Shown here piece after piece: positions 1-9,332 of a stretch of 64,000 nt of DNA. Positions within the stretch are counted from its first letter, which is position 1. Every line of letters starts with the position of its first letter. The DNA comes from a virus. Its lineage: Duplodnaviria; Caudoviricetes. The stretch spans positions 1 through 64,000 of IMG/VR virus record IMGVR_UViG_3300002220_003854. One strand, given 5' to 3'. The notes beneath the pieces are model-generated. The model saw nothing but the letters and a program-made list of their open reading frames with translations. It was not told the origin of the DNA and did not search any database. The position numbers were made by a program, and so were the translations under genes.

Positions 1-181
1 AAGACGCATCATAAGCCGCATCCCTAGCCGCAATCCAAGCCGCATCCCTAGCCGCATCATAAGCCGCAACCCTAGCCGCGTCCCAAGCCGCAGTCCATTT
101 CTCTGGGAATGCTTTCAGGTGCGCAATAATTTTATCAATGTGTTTGGCATTGGGTAGGTGTGCCCAGGCAGTATTAGTCAT
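1..181 (-). CDS. Ala-rich (AAxD/AAW) repeat protein, 3'-truncated by window edge
   Basis: Manual translation from ATG at 181: MTNTAWAHLPNAKHIDKIIAHLKAFPEKWTAAWDAARVAAYDAARDAAWIAARDAAYDAS; not in ORF track. Confidence 0.75.
   Translation of the reverse strand, partial: MTNTAWAHLPNAKHIDKIIAHLKAFPEKWTAAWDAARVAAYDAARDAAWIAARDAAYDAS
3..98. repeat. 12-bp imperfect tandem repeat (gccgcatcccta-like) x8, coding
   Basis: Units start gccgca at 12-nt spacing; encode AAxx tetrapeptides on minus strand. Confidence 0.9.
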
Positions 182-182
182 A

Positions 183-548
183 TTATACAACGAAAGCAAC
201 CACTGCGATATAAGTTAGTGCATGCAGGAACTGATCTAGTCCAAGCAACCACCAAAATTCTTCGTGTGTAGTCGGTCCCCATCCTAACTTTTTATTAAGG
301 TTCATCTTTGCCCAGTCAATATGGTAATGAATTACACCATCAGCGAATGCTAATAGAATTGCAGTATGTACAGGCGTAAATAAAACTAACACAAGAAATG
401 TACCGATACAGTGCAATAGAGCATGTAGCGCACCACCTGGATGACCATATGTGCCTTTGTTGCTCCACTGATAACGTACTTGTAGGGGAAAATCTACAAT
501 AAAATGCTTTGTAAACAACCCTAAAATAATCCAAAGAGTTTCGTTCAT
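183..548 (-). CDS. DUF3307-like membrane protein
   Basis: KHFIVDFPLQ, HALLH, HYHIDWAK, LGLDQFLH His-rich motifs with hydrophobic segments. Confidence 0.75.
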   Translation of the reverse strand: MNETLWIILGLFTKHFIVDFPLQVRYQWSNKGTYGHPGGALHALLHCIGTFLVLVLFTPVHTAILLAFADGVIHYHIDWAKMNLNKKLGWGPTTHEEFWWLLGLDQFLHALTYIAVVAFVV

Positions 549-877
549 TTTATTCCTTTAATGGACAAAATCATCTGTTTGGTAGATATTTCATCATTCC
601 AATATTGGATCAAAACATCATAATTTAGATTAATAAAATCCCGTAAAGGATTTAATATTTTAGTAGGCATAGGCTCATAACCTACAACGTCGTCAATGGT
701 TATATCTTTTTTTAATAATACTGGAATTGTTGGTGAACCTTTTCCAGGCATTTCAATTTTTATTCGAGGACCATGTCGTTCTGCTGCTGCCATTTTACTA
801 CTGACCCAAATACGAACAGGTAATCCAGAATCTTCTCTGGATATATTGCTCATTTCAAATAATTCGTCATATTTCAT
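545..877 (-). CDS. hypothetical protein with capsid-targeting-like N-terminus
   Basis: Starts MKYDELFE-MSN; HGPRIKI motif. Confidence 0.65.
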   Translation of the reverse strand: MKYDELFEMSNISREDSGLPVRIWVSSKMAAAERHGPRIKIEMPGKGSPTIPVLLKKDITIDDVVGYEPMPTKILNPLRDFINLNYDVLIQYWNDEISTKQMILSIKGIK

Positions 878-1107
878 TATTCAACTCCAAAATGTTGTTG
901 AATCGCGGCTCTAGCTCGACGCAATGCCTTCAGCTCTACTTCATTGGCGTAAACATCAGTGTAATCGTATTCAGTATGGTCCATCAGATCACTAACCTTA
1001 TAAATACATTCTTTTACAATCATCTGAGCAAACTTTTCCAGATCAATATTATGTTCGGAATAACGGTGATAGCATTGATCAGCGATTTCTTTAATTCGTT
1101 CGTTCAT
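877..1107 (-). CDS. small phage protein (MNERI...EKFA family)
   Basis: Paralogue of 1104..1358; ATG/stop overlap. Confidence 0.65.
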   Translation of the reverse strand: MNERIKEIADQCYHRYSEHNIDLEKFAQMIVKECIYKVSDLMDHTEYDYTDVYANEVELKALRRARAAIQQHFGVE

Positions 1108-1358
1108 TCTTCAACTCCGAAACATTCAGCAAGCATGGTGAGTTGCGTGCTGAGACACTTATTATATTCACAGTCAAATAAATCGCCAGTATAAGGATCG
1201 CATCTCCCGCTGGCAGCAAGTTCTTGAATACACTGCTTGACAATCAACTCGGCGAACTTTCTCTGCCGCGATAGAGTCATACATGTTTCGTCTAATTCTG
1301 GCATTTCATCTAGACAGACTTGGGTCCAAAGTTCTCGAATTCGTTCGTTCATTTCCAT
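1104..1358 (-). CDS. small phage protein (MNERI...KFA family)
   Basis: MNERIRELW..RKFAELIVKQC..FGVEE matches upstream paralogue. Confidence 0.65.
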   Translation of the reverse strand: MEMNERIRELWTQVCLDEMPELDETCMTLSRQRKFAELIVKQCIQELAASGRCDPYTGDLFDCEYNKCLSTQLTMLAECFGVEE

Positions 1359-1636
1359 CCTCTGTTGGGGTCAAGTTCTTCTGCTGTCCAACTGCCACCC
1401 ATGCGATCGGGATTAGTGATCCAACTGTCGTCCGATTCTTTCTTGACACACTGTTCCACATCCTGCAAGATACGTTTAAGTTCATCAATATTGATTTCCA
1501 GCATCATAACCATTGCATCAATCGCAGTGGTCTCTGGGAACTCAGCAGTCTGTGCCGCTATAGCAAGTTCTTCTTGATACTTTTCCTTGCTGGCAATGGT
1601 ATTTTTTAAGTTGTCACGGACTGTTTGAATGTTCAT
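1349..1636 (-). CDS. hypothetical coiled-coil protein
   Basis: ORF track; preceded by consensus sigma70 promoter. Confidence 0.7.
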   Translation of the reverse strand: MNIQTVRDNLKNTIASKEKYQEELAIAAQTAEFPETTAIDAMVMMLEINIDELKRILQDVEQCVKKESDDSWITNPDRMGGSWTAEELDPNRGWK

Positions 1637-1666
1637 AGTTGACTCGTTTTGTTACACTATGACTAT

Positions 1667-1695
1667 ATTATACAACCAAAATGATTTATTGTCAA
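1667..1695 (-). promoter_or_regulatory. sigma70-type early promoter
   Basis: TTGACA-17nt-TATAAT on minus strand. Confidence 0.85.
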
Positions 1696-1702
1696 GTTCT
1701 GG

Positions 1703-1781
1703 GATAAATAAAAGTGAGGGTCACGATGCTCTAACATCTACCCTCTCTAACTGCTATATTTTTACAAGGAGCAATCAGCAA
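1703..1781 (+). promoter_or_regulatory. late promoter (GATAAATA) plus structured leader of homing endonuclease
   Basis: gataaataaaagtg, gagggt/accctc stem, ggagcaatcagcaa before ATG; homologous element at 33434. Confidence 0.65.
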
Positions 1782-2396
1782 ATGTATTTATACATCTATA
1801 AAACCACTCATACAAACGGCCGTTTCTACATCGGCAGACACCAAACAGAAAACATCAATGACGGATATTTAGGATCCGGCAATTGGGTTTCTGGCATCAA
1901 AGACAAATCCACTTTATCCAAAGAAATAATAGCAACGGCATCATCGTTGGATGAACTTATACTACTTGAAGAAAGGTATATTGACCAACACTTTGATGAC
2001 CCGTTGAATATGAACTACAAAAGAGCCAGTGTTGGTTGGACAAGCGAAGATGCCAGAGAACGGGCACTTGAAAGAATTGAACAAGGAACACATCATTTTT
2101 TGGGTGAAAACAATCCAGTTCATAAACAACTTGCTAACGGCACTCATAATTTCATTGGTGCCAACGCTAAACGCATCGCTAAAGGGACTCATAACTTTAG
2201 CGGAGAGAACAATCCAAGTGTAGAGAAAGTCGCTAATGGCACACATCACTTACTTGGACCAGAAGCCAATGCTAAACGAATTGCCAACGGAACACACCAT
2301 TTCATAAGACCTTGGACTTGCGAACATTGCGGCAAGTCCGGAAAAGGTATAGGCAACTATAACAAAAGACACGGTGATAAGTGTCAAGATAAGTAA
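1782..2396 (+). mobile_element. free-standing GIY-YIG homing endonuclease
   Basis: MYLYIYKTT..GRFYIGRH..GYLGSG; repeated GTHHFLG modules; C-terminal CxxC zinc ribbon; antisense to neighbours. Confidence 0.85.
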
Positions 2397-2452
2397 ATCT
2401 TGGTGCCGGCGATTGTATTCTTCAGATTATCTCGGACAGTAGAAATATTCAT
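2384..2452 (-). pseudogene. truncated duplicate of the 5' end of gene 1349..1636
   Basis: MNISTVRDNLKNTIAG vs MNIQTVRDNLKNTIAS; cut off by the endonuclease gene. Confidence 0.75.
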
Positions 2453-2453
2453 A

Positions 2454-2825
2454 TCACATGACCTTGAGACGTTGTTCAACTTGCTTGAGTTCTTCACGCA
2501 GGCGAGCCGCTTGTTCTTGCAGACGCGCACGTTCGGCATTGCTCTCAGCAGTGATCTTGATGGGCTTACCGATTTTTTTAATATCGCCACCAGCACCCCA
2601 TGTCCAGAAGCTGGGAAGCTCCACGGCATAGGCGATGATATCGCCCAGTCTGCCTTCCACCATGCCCAATTTTGGTTGATAGTGATGCCCACCGAGGTCA
2701 CAGTTGGGGTCTTCACCCACAATCTCCCACGTACCGGTTTCGTCCAGACTGTGCTTCTTCAGGAGTTCTCGACCACTGTAGCTGACTTCGGTGTATTGTT
2801 GGTAGAGTTTTGACGTAGTACTCAT
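2454..2825 (-). CDS. hypothetical protein
   Basis: ORF track; downstream of consensus promoter. Confidence 0.7.
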   Translation of the reverse strand: MSTTSKLYQQYTEVSYSGRELLKKHSLDETGTWEIVGEDPNCDLGGHHYQPKLGMVEGRLGDIIAYAVELPSFWTWGAGGDIKKIGKPIKITAESNAERARLQEQAARLREELKQVEQRLKVM

Positions 2826-2857
2826 TTTGAATAGACTGTGTTAGTTACTATACAATC

Positions 2858-2886
2858 ATTATAAACGTATAACCAATATTTGTCAA
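2858..2886 (-). promoter_or_regulatory. sigma70-type early promoter
   Basis: TTGACA-17nt-TATAAT. Confidence 0.85.
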
Positions 2887-2887
2887 T

Positions 2888-2912
2888 AAAAAAGAGCCTT
2901 AAGGCTCTTTTT
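2888..2912. terminator. rho-independent terminator after rIIB
   Basis: aaaaagagcc-ttaa-ggctcttttt inverted repeat with A/T tails. Confidence 0.8.
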
Positions 2913-2920
2913 ATTATGTG

Positions 2921-3913
2921 TTACCGAAAGCCGCTTGGGTTAGGCCAAGAACCTCGTTGAACAGATTTTGTTGGTCCAACATATTGATAACGGGCAGACA
3001 TATTATCTTCACGATGCATCTGTCCCTTCTCATAGCCCTGATCGTAGTTATCCTGATCGGTACCAGTCCAATAGTCACCGGGGTTATAATCTGCATCAGT
3101 GTAACCATCAGTGTAACCACGATAGAATGCAGTAGAACCAGTCTTGGGTTCAACCTTCTTCACCGGGACACTGTTGGCATTACTTTGAACAGGTTTGTTG
3201 AATTCAACTTCATTTTCGGGGTTAGCACCAACCTCACCAACGACCTCATAACGGCATGCACGACCCTTAGCGTTGTTGTAATCGCTAGGAATAGATACTA
3301 CGTCACGCGGGTTGATTTTCACAATCACAACACGTTCGCCACCGAAGTGTGCGAGGTAGCTGTGAGCGCAGAAATGCAGACCAGTAGAACAGGTCTGATC
3401 CTTATTATCGTCAACTTGGTTGCGTTCCATTTCAACAATCTTGCCCACACTGTTATCCATAGTACCAGAGTGAACGTCAAAGTAGTTATTACGAACACGC
3501 TTGTAAGCCAAGAAATGACCGTCGGGAGTGATTGGCAGACTGTTCTTTTCTAGGAACCCATACAGTTCATCGACCGCACGCTTCGATGGATTAGTCATTA
3601 GATTTTCCATGAAGTTGACCAGAGGTTCGATGGGAAACTCATCTTGCAACATACTAAGCATACGGGTAGCTAGTGCATTGTGCATAGCTTTGCCCTTCCA
3701 GTATAGAACTCCATCTTGGACACTCACGTTGCCCTTACCGTAGGTAAGAACTACTTGCTTTGGGTCAACGATGTCCTTAATTAGGCTCCAATTCTGAGTC
3801 TTGATGGCATCAACTAGCTTATTGTAAGCGATATGAGATTTTGCGATGGTATAAGGCTTGTGGTCAACGATGATGGTGATCATAGAGCCTTGCATGATAA
3901 ACGGATAGGTCAT
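2921..3913 (-). CDS. rIIB: RIIB-like lysis inhibition protein
   Basis: FLAYKRV, MERNQVDDN..TCSTGLH, INPRDVVSIPSDYNNAKGRAC; follows rIIA. Confidence 0.9.
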   Translation of the reverse strand: MTYPFIMQGSMITIIVDHKPYTIAKSHIAYNKLVDAIKTQNWSLIKDIVDPKQVVLTYGKGNVSVQDGVLYWKGKAMHNALATRMLSMLQDEFPIEPLVNFMENLMTNPSKRAVDELYGFLEKNSLPITPDGHFLAYKRVRNNYFDVHSGTMDNSVGKIVEMERNQVDDNKDQTCSTGLHFCAHSYLAHFGGERVVIVKINPRDVVSIPSDYNNAKGRACRYEVVGEVGANPENEVEFNKPVQSNANSVPVKKVEPKTGSTAFYRGYTDGYTDADYNPGDYWTGTDQDNYDQGYEKGQMHREDNMSARYQYVGPTKSVQRGSWPNPSGFR

Positions 3914-3979
3914 TTTGTATTCCTTAATTAATTGAAGTTAGATATAGTGAGTAGCGAGAAAGTTATTTATTGCACCAAT

Positions 3980-6121
3980 TCAGACACCTTTCTTTTCGTC
4001 TACTAGATTGATATATTCAGCAACATCAGTGTGACAGTTTAAAACTACGTGCTTTAGCATCGGGTAACGATTGTACACTTCTTTTACTTCTACTTTGTAC
4101 TGGGTGATCAAAGTAGCTGGGTCGAGAGTTGTCTTTGTAGCAACATTATAATTGCGACATAGGACTTCTAGAGAAGTTCGCACAGTGCTATCCGTTTCTT
4201 TTACATCCTTAAATACATTGTACAATTTAAGATAAGGACTGTTCACGTTAGTTACTTTGCTTGCGTCATTATATCGATATAGCTCGTTCCAGTCAATGCT
4301 TTTCTTGACCAGGCCCATGACATCTTTCTGACCGAGAAGACTTAGCTTAGATTTGATGTGATCATCTAGATTAACCCAGTTCTTTTGAGCTTTGACCCAT
4401 TCGATATCGGACTTACGCACGCCATAGATAGCACCTGTAAATAGTTTGCTATTAATCAGGTGTTGATGCATAGACTTAACATCAGTCATTACACCTAGAT
4501 TACTAAAGCCACTGAGTGGCAGATAGTAGAAGGTAGTATTTTTGTCGAATGTGTCTGCTTTTCCTGCATCACGCCATACCATGGAAGCAGTGTCATACCT
4601 GCCACGCCGTGCACCTTGAACTAGGTGTAGAATAGTAACATTCTTACCCATATTTGCTGCACGATCTTTTGCTTCTAGAGAACTTGCCATGCAAATTTGA
4701 CTAGCAGGAGGATTACTCAGTAAAGCGAAAAAGGCATCAGTGAGAACAGGGTTGTTCTTGTCAGCACTATCAATTACATAAACGTCAATATTTCGATTAA
4801 GCTTGGTGTCTTTCTTAAAGTGATGCTTAGCCCGCTCTAGAGCGCCAATCTTAGTGTCGTTGATTATGAATACAATATCTTTACTTACATTGAATTTCCA
4901 GTGTAATTGCATTACTGACTGGTTGTTTACCGTGATATATTCATTGCGAGCCTTAATAGCACTGCTATGTGCATAACCACGGCTGCGATGAAATCCACGA
5001 ATAACAATATTGTACTTACTAGCCAGTTCGTCAACATTCAAAGAAAATTCTTTATATGCAGACCAGCGATTATTGGTGAGTAGTTCAAACTTGGTGTCAG
5101 CTACATATGTAGCTACCGCACTAGACCAAAGCTTGTCATTGACAAGGCTAGCTAGGTAATACGCCCGTTCCCACATATTAGAAATATTATTGGCTTCGAT
5201 TGCCACGTGCTTTGTTAGTTGGCCATTGACAGCCTCTAGCTTGCGCTTAATCGACTCAATAGTTTGAGGAATATAGCTCAGTCCTTCTCGGCTTGCTTGG
5301 AAATCTAGTTCACCGATATTGAATTCCATTACCATCCCGCACCTAAGGATAGAATATAGTGAACCTAGTACTTTGTCTGCGTTCGGGACATCGATAGGAT
5401 ACTTAATGTTACCCATGATAGCATAACTGTATTCACCGTCAGCCGACTGGTGGACTCCGGGTACAATATCTTTAGTTTTATATGACGGATCCTTGAACTT
5501 AAAATCAGCATTACCGCTAACCACTGGTCGCAGAGTAAAGTATTCGTATACGTACCTCGCTTCAGTGCGGAACTTGTCAAAATCGTACCGCTGTTCTACA
5601 GCAAAACGAACCTCGACTCCGGCAGGATCGTTAGTTGCTTCTTCCATCATGAGGGCGATAGAAGGGACTCCTTGGTCATTGATAAATGCCGTATAAATTC
5701 CCTTTCGGCCATCCTTGATAGCAGTAACAGTAAAGTTATCAGTATATGAGAAAGGGCTCTTACTACCCAAACCTAGCGCACCGATGAAGGCGTTACTATC
5801 TGTTTTAGTAGACTCGAAATAAGTGGTGTAGATACTAGTAACTTGATCGTGAGTCAGCCCAGTGCCATAATCCCGAATTGCAAAATAAGGTTCTAGGGAG
5901 TTAGGAAGATGCACATCGAATGGTGTAGCTGCCTTACCTGCAGCAATATGGCTGTCAACGGCGTTGCAACTGAGTTCACGGATAGTAGCCCGGATCTTGT
6001 TGGCGTACAGTCCACTAGACAGAATATTGAAAGCTTTAGCTGAGTTCCGAATTCGGAACTCACCAATTTCACCGACGTTAGAGACAATGGCTTCGTTTTG
6101 AACAGTAGTGTGGAGTTTCAT
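3980..6121 (-). CDS. rIIA: RIIA-like protein (GHKL ATPase)
   Basis: LYANKIRATIRELSCNAVDSH, DYGTGL, GALGLGSKSPF. Confidence 0.9.
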   Translation of the reverse strand: MKLHTTVQNEAIVSNVGEIGEFRIRNSAKAFNILSSGLYANKIRATIRELSCNAVDSHIAAGKAATPFDVHLPNSLEPYFAIRDYGTGLTHDQVTSIYTTYFESTKTDSNAFIGALGLGSKSPFSYTDNFTVTAIKDGRKGIYTAFINDQGVPSIALMMEEATNDPAGVEVRFAVEQRYDFDKFRTEARYVYEYFTLRPVVSGNADFKFKDPSYKTKDIVPGVHQSADGEYSYAIMGNIKYPIDVPNADKVLGSLYSILRCGMVMEFNIGELDFQASREGLSYIPQTIESIKRKLEAVNGQLTKHVAIEANNISNMWERAYYLASLVNDKLWSSAVATYVADTKFELLTNNRWSAYKEFSLNVDELASKYNIVIRGFHRSRGYAHSSAIKARNEYITVNNQSVMQLHWKFNVSKDIVFIINDTKIGALERAKHHFKKDTKLNRNIDVYVIDSADKNNPVLTDAFFALLSNPPASQICMASSLEAKDRAANMGKNVTILHLVQGARRGRYDTASMVWRDAGKADTFDKNTTFYYLPLSGFSNLGVMTDVKSMHQHLINSKLFTGAIYGVRKSDIEWVKAQKNWVNLDDHIKSKLSLLGQKDVMGLVKKSIDWNELYRYNDASKVTNVNSPYLKLYNVFKDVKETDSTVRTSLEVLCRNYNVATKTTLDPATLITQYKVEVKEVYNRYPMLKHVVLNCHTDVAEYINLVDEKKGV

Positions 6122-6153
6122 GTAATTACGGTGTGTTGAGTTTCAATAAAAGA

Positions 6154-6182
6154 ATTTTAACAAGTATCTGAATTAGTGTCAA
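6154..6182 (-). promoter_or_regulatory. sigma70-type early promoter of rIIA
   Basis: TTGACA-17nt-TAAAAT. Confidence 0.75.
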
Positions 6183-6191
6183 CTATTTTAA

Positions 6192-6626
6192 TTAGGTTGA
6201 CTCGATGCGCAATAATTGCGGTTCAGCATCGATCACGTTCTGTCCGTGAAAGTTGGTAACATATGCATCTCCGTCTTCACCGACCCACCTAATCATGCCA
6301 ATTGCATCATTGGTGATAGCTTCAAGAAACAAGTCTTCTTGACCAGTCTTGCTATCATACCCAATGATCAACAGATTCCCGTCTTTGTCTTCGTCGCATT
6401 CAAAGCCCAGCATCTCCATAATATCTTGCGCATTCTTGCAAGTTTCAGTGTAATTTTCATCCATCCACGAAAACCATTTGGCAGTCTGGGCGCCACCAGA
6501 CCAACTTCCACCGCGCTTTTGGTTGTCGTGAGTTACGTCTAGGGCGCACATCTTTTGGTATGCACGTTCTAGATTGGCTTGTGGAATCATAGCAGTAGAC
6601 TTGACGATGCGAACATAATAACCCAT
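6192..6626 (-). CDS. hypothetical protein
   Basis: ORF track; SD GGAG and promoter upstream. Confidence 0.7.
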   Translation of the reverse strand: MGYYVRIVKSTAMIPQANLERAYQKMCALDVTHDNQKRGGSWSGGAQTAKWFSWMDENYTETCKNAQDIMEMLGFECDEDKDGNLLIIGYDSKTGQEDLFLEAITNDAIGMIRWVGEDGDAYVTNFHGQNVIDAEPQLLRIEST

Positions 6627-6656
6627 TTATTTCTCCGTTGATTTCAGTATGTTAAC

Positions 6657-6685
6657 ATTATATTACCATACTGATTTATTGTCAA
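6657..6685 (-). promoter_or_regulatory. sigma70-type early promoter
   Basis: TTGACA-17nt-TATAAT. Confidence 0.85.
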
Positions 6686-6703
6686 CCTTGTGATTAACTT
6701 TTA

Positions 6704-7048
6704 TCAAGAACCTTGACGAAATTTTGCAGTGAGCCGTTCATATTCTGCCTTGTCTCTTTGTTCTTGAAGTTCATGCCAACGTTCTTCAGCCTCAATCCTT
6801 TTCTTATGGTTGTGATCAGATTCAGGACGTTTTACCAGAACCGCTAAGTACCGGTCATCACTGTAGTCATATTGACGTTCATCAATGGTAGCATCTGGGC
6901 CATAATCTGCAATTAAATTCTGAATTGTTTCTGCCAATTCAGATAATTTACGATATTTTACAGAAAGCGTAGAAACTTCTGTGTCTACCATTTTTCTAGT
7001 GTAATTAACTGGCACGATTACATTCCTTTTCAAAAAGATATTCTGCAC
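6704..7048 (-). CDS. hypothetical protein (start uncertain)
   Basis: ORF track; charged C-terminal helix. Confidence 0.6.
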   Translation of the reverse strand: MQNIFLKRNVIVPVNYTRKMVDTEVSTLSVKYRKLSELAETIQNLIADYGPDATIDERQYDYSDDRYLAVLVKRPESDHNHKKRIEAEERWHELQEQRDKAEYERLTAKFRQGS

Positions 7049-7086
7049 CGGACGTCCGGTGCCTAGATCAAGTGGCTTAGTTCTCT

Positions 7087-7284
7087 TTATGTCGCTAGTT
7101 TTTCTAGCTGATCTACTGGTACTGTAAAGAATGGGTAGTCACCATCTGGATTGGTAGTCACTGAAATGTGGTCTACACCAGTAGCATTGGTATCATCACG
7201 GCTCAGACCGTAGTCATGCCTAGTCGAATCATACACAATGGTACCAGCTTCGTGCTCAAATCGTTCTTGTAATAGTTTATACAT
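7087..7284 (-). CDS. small hypothetical protein
   Basis: Likely start MYKLLQ after AGGA SD. Confidence 0.6.
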   Translation of the reverse strand: MYKLLQERFEHEAGTIVYDSTRHDYGLSRDDTNATGVDHISVTTNPDGDYPFFTVPVDQLEKLAT

Positions 7285-7347
7285 TTTATTTTCCTGGTTA
7301 TTAATAGTCGCCATCATTAAAATACTAAATAGTAGATGGAGGGTAAC

Positions 7348-8240
7348 ATGTTCTATATTATATACGAAATAACAAATTTAGTCAATGGCAAAATTTACAT
7401 CGGTGCGCATAAAACAAAAATGTAAACGATACATATATGGGTTCTGGGATAGCAATTAAACGGGCCGTTAAAAAATATGGAAAGTCTAATTTTTCTAAAA
7501 AGATTTTATTTACATTTGACAAAGAATCTGATATGTGGAGCAAGGAAGCTGAAATAGTATCTGAACAGTTTATAGCCAGACCAGACGTATATAATCAATG
7601 TCTTGGGGGATCAAAGCCACCTAATCCATGGAAACGTGGGGAGTTATTAGTACAGGATTTGTCAGGTAACAGATTTATAGTATCTAATACTGATCCTAGA
7701 TATATTGCCGGCGAATTAACGCATGTTGGTTCAAGAAAAGGATTAATCATGATGATGCATACTTTATCTGGAGAACGAAAAAGTGTGCCAATTGATCAGA
7801 TGGATTACATGAAATCAGCCGGATGGAAAGCATGGGCTGCTGGGTTTATGAGATACAAAGACCAAACAAATAAATCATATTACTTGTTAACTAACGACCC
7901 AATGATAAATGAACTGTCATTATTGCCATGGACAAAAGGCAAAAAAGTAATGAAATTAGATGATCAAGTTGTTTGGGTTGATTCAGACAAAGTTACATCA
8001 GATATGAAATCCATTAGACAAAATTATGTTTCAGTAAGAGATTCATCTGGAAATAACTATTCAGTTAGAAATGATGATCCTAGATATACATCTGGCGAAT
8101 TAGTCGCTGTAAATAGTGGAAAGACAGGGCTAGCAAATCATCTTAATACAATTAAGTATACATGCCAGCATTGTAATATGGAAACCACCAAGGGTAATTA
8201 TACACGCTGGCATGGTATTAACTGTAAAAAGAATCAGTAA
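7348..8240 (+). pseudogene. GIY-YIG homing endonuclease with 1-nt frameshift near codon 24
   Basis: MFYIIYEITNLVNGKIYIGAHKTK then frame change in A5 run (7416-7420) to NDTYMGSG; CTAAATA late promoter at 7325; C-terminal CxxC. Confidence 0.8.
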
Positions 8241-8710
8241 CCACAGTCGTACTCAGTGACCTCAAATCCATCTGCTGTGGCAATGATTTTGACATGCTGA
8301 CCGAACATTTCCTCCAGAACTTGTTCCATGTCGTGACCGTTGATCATGCTTTCCACGAGCTTTACTTGACTTGAATCAACACCAGTAACGGGATCACTTT
8401 TCAGACTCCATGAACTAAACACTCGCACATCTTCATTTTCACCCTCGTACTCACCGTATGTTGACACATCATCAAGATCAGCACCTTCAGCGTTAGTGAA
8501 AGTGATGTCACCAATTGTGAATTCACATGGGTCGCCGTCGTTAAAACTGGGGACATACTGTGTCCAGATGAAAGCTTTAATTCCGGGATTGGTAGCGAAG
8601 AATTCCTTGGTAATATTTCGGAATAGAGCCTGCGCTGACTTTTGGAATTCAGCACGGATGCGTTGATGTTCAGAGGTTAGATTGTCAAATTGAGCTTGTA
8701 GATCGGACAT
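8234..8710 (-). CDS. hypothetical phage protein
   Basis: WTQYVPSFNDGDPCEF motif; convergent with endonuclease. Confidence 0.75.
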   Translation of the reverse strand: MSDLQAQFDNLTSEHQRIRAEFQKSAQALFRNITKEFFATNPGIKAFIWTQYVPSFNDGDPCEFTIGDITFTNAEGADLDDVSTYGEYEGENEDVRVFSSWSLKSDPVTGVDSSQVKLVESMINGHDMEQVLEEMFGQHVKIIATADGFEVTEYDCGY

Positions 8711-8731
8711 GATTTTCCTTAGTTGGTTAAA

Positions 8732-8970
8732 TTAAACAGAGACCCACTCAGTGGTCATTACTTGCACTTGCTTTACTTCGTGTGCGTCAACGGTGTCGAA
8801 ATCATCCCAGCCTTCCTGACTGTGAACCGACACCACAAACATATAAAACTTGCCTTCAAATGGCACTACATAAGTTTCGTAGGTGCCATGCCGATAGCTG
8901 GGATCGACATCAGTGCGTACGGCACCATCTTCTTCGATAAGTTCAAACATTGTTCTCTTGTAAATTGCAT
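8732..8970 (-). CDS. small hypothetical protein, start ambiguous or frameshifted
   Basis: MFELIEEDG.. from 8950; ATG at 8970 (MQFTREQ) is one base out of frame. Confidence 0.5.
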
Positions 8971-9332
8971 TAGTCTTCCAGTTTGATAAATTTTGTTTGC
9001 GCTTTTTCAGTTTTTCTAGTACCTGACATCCAGGGTTGTAGCTCCATGTTGATGAGATACTGTTCCATGGTAGGAATAAAGCCAAGATCCTGTAAAATAT
9101 GGGCTTCGGCAATATCCCGAGGACTGTATTCTTTTCCATCAGAATTGATTCTGGTTCTGCCGAATACCTTCTCAACTAGAAAGCAGCCAAATGCACTATG
9201 CAGGATTGCACGATGACGAACATCAGCAACAGCCTGTTTGGTACTGTCAATGAAGTCATCAATGTCGGCGTAATCTTCTACAACGCCACCGTACTTCTTG
9301 ACATGAATGCGTGAATGTAAAAAGGGTTTCAT
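8970..9332 (-). CDS. DUF6915-like phage protein
   Basis: MKPFLHS..KKYGG..DFID..RHRAILH..AEAHILQDLG pattern. Confidence 0.7.
   Translation of the reverse strand: MKPFLHSRIHVKKYGGVVEDYADIDDFIDSTKQAVADVRHRAILHSAFGCFLVEKVFGRTRINSDGKEYSPRDIAEAHILQDLGFIPTMEQYLINMELQPWMSGTRKTEKAQTKFIKLED

Noticed and set aside
3-98. Short repeats as a CRISPR array
   Set aside because: Contiguous 12-bp coding units with no spacers.
1782-2396. Group I intron around the homing endonucleases
   Set aside because: No P/Q/R/S core elements recognised; the genes are free-standing with their own promoters.
2918-3553. Long antisense ORFs in the track (also 15215..15685, 36060..36512 and others)
   Set aside because: Shadows of well-supported opposite-strand genes; no SD or recognisable motifs.
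7298-7325. YFNDGDY* as a vestigial 3' end of gene 8234..8710 beyond the endonuclease
   Set aside because: Similarity to EYDCGY* is too short to distinguish from chance.
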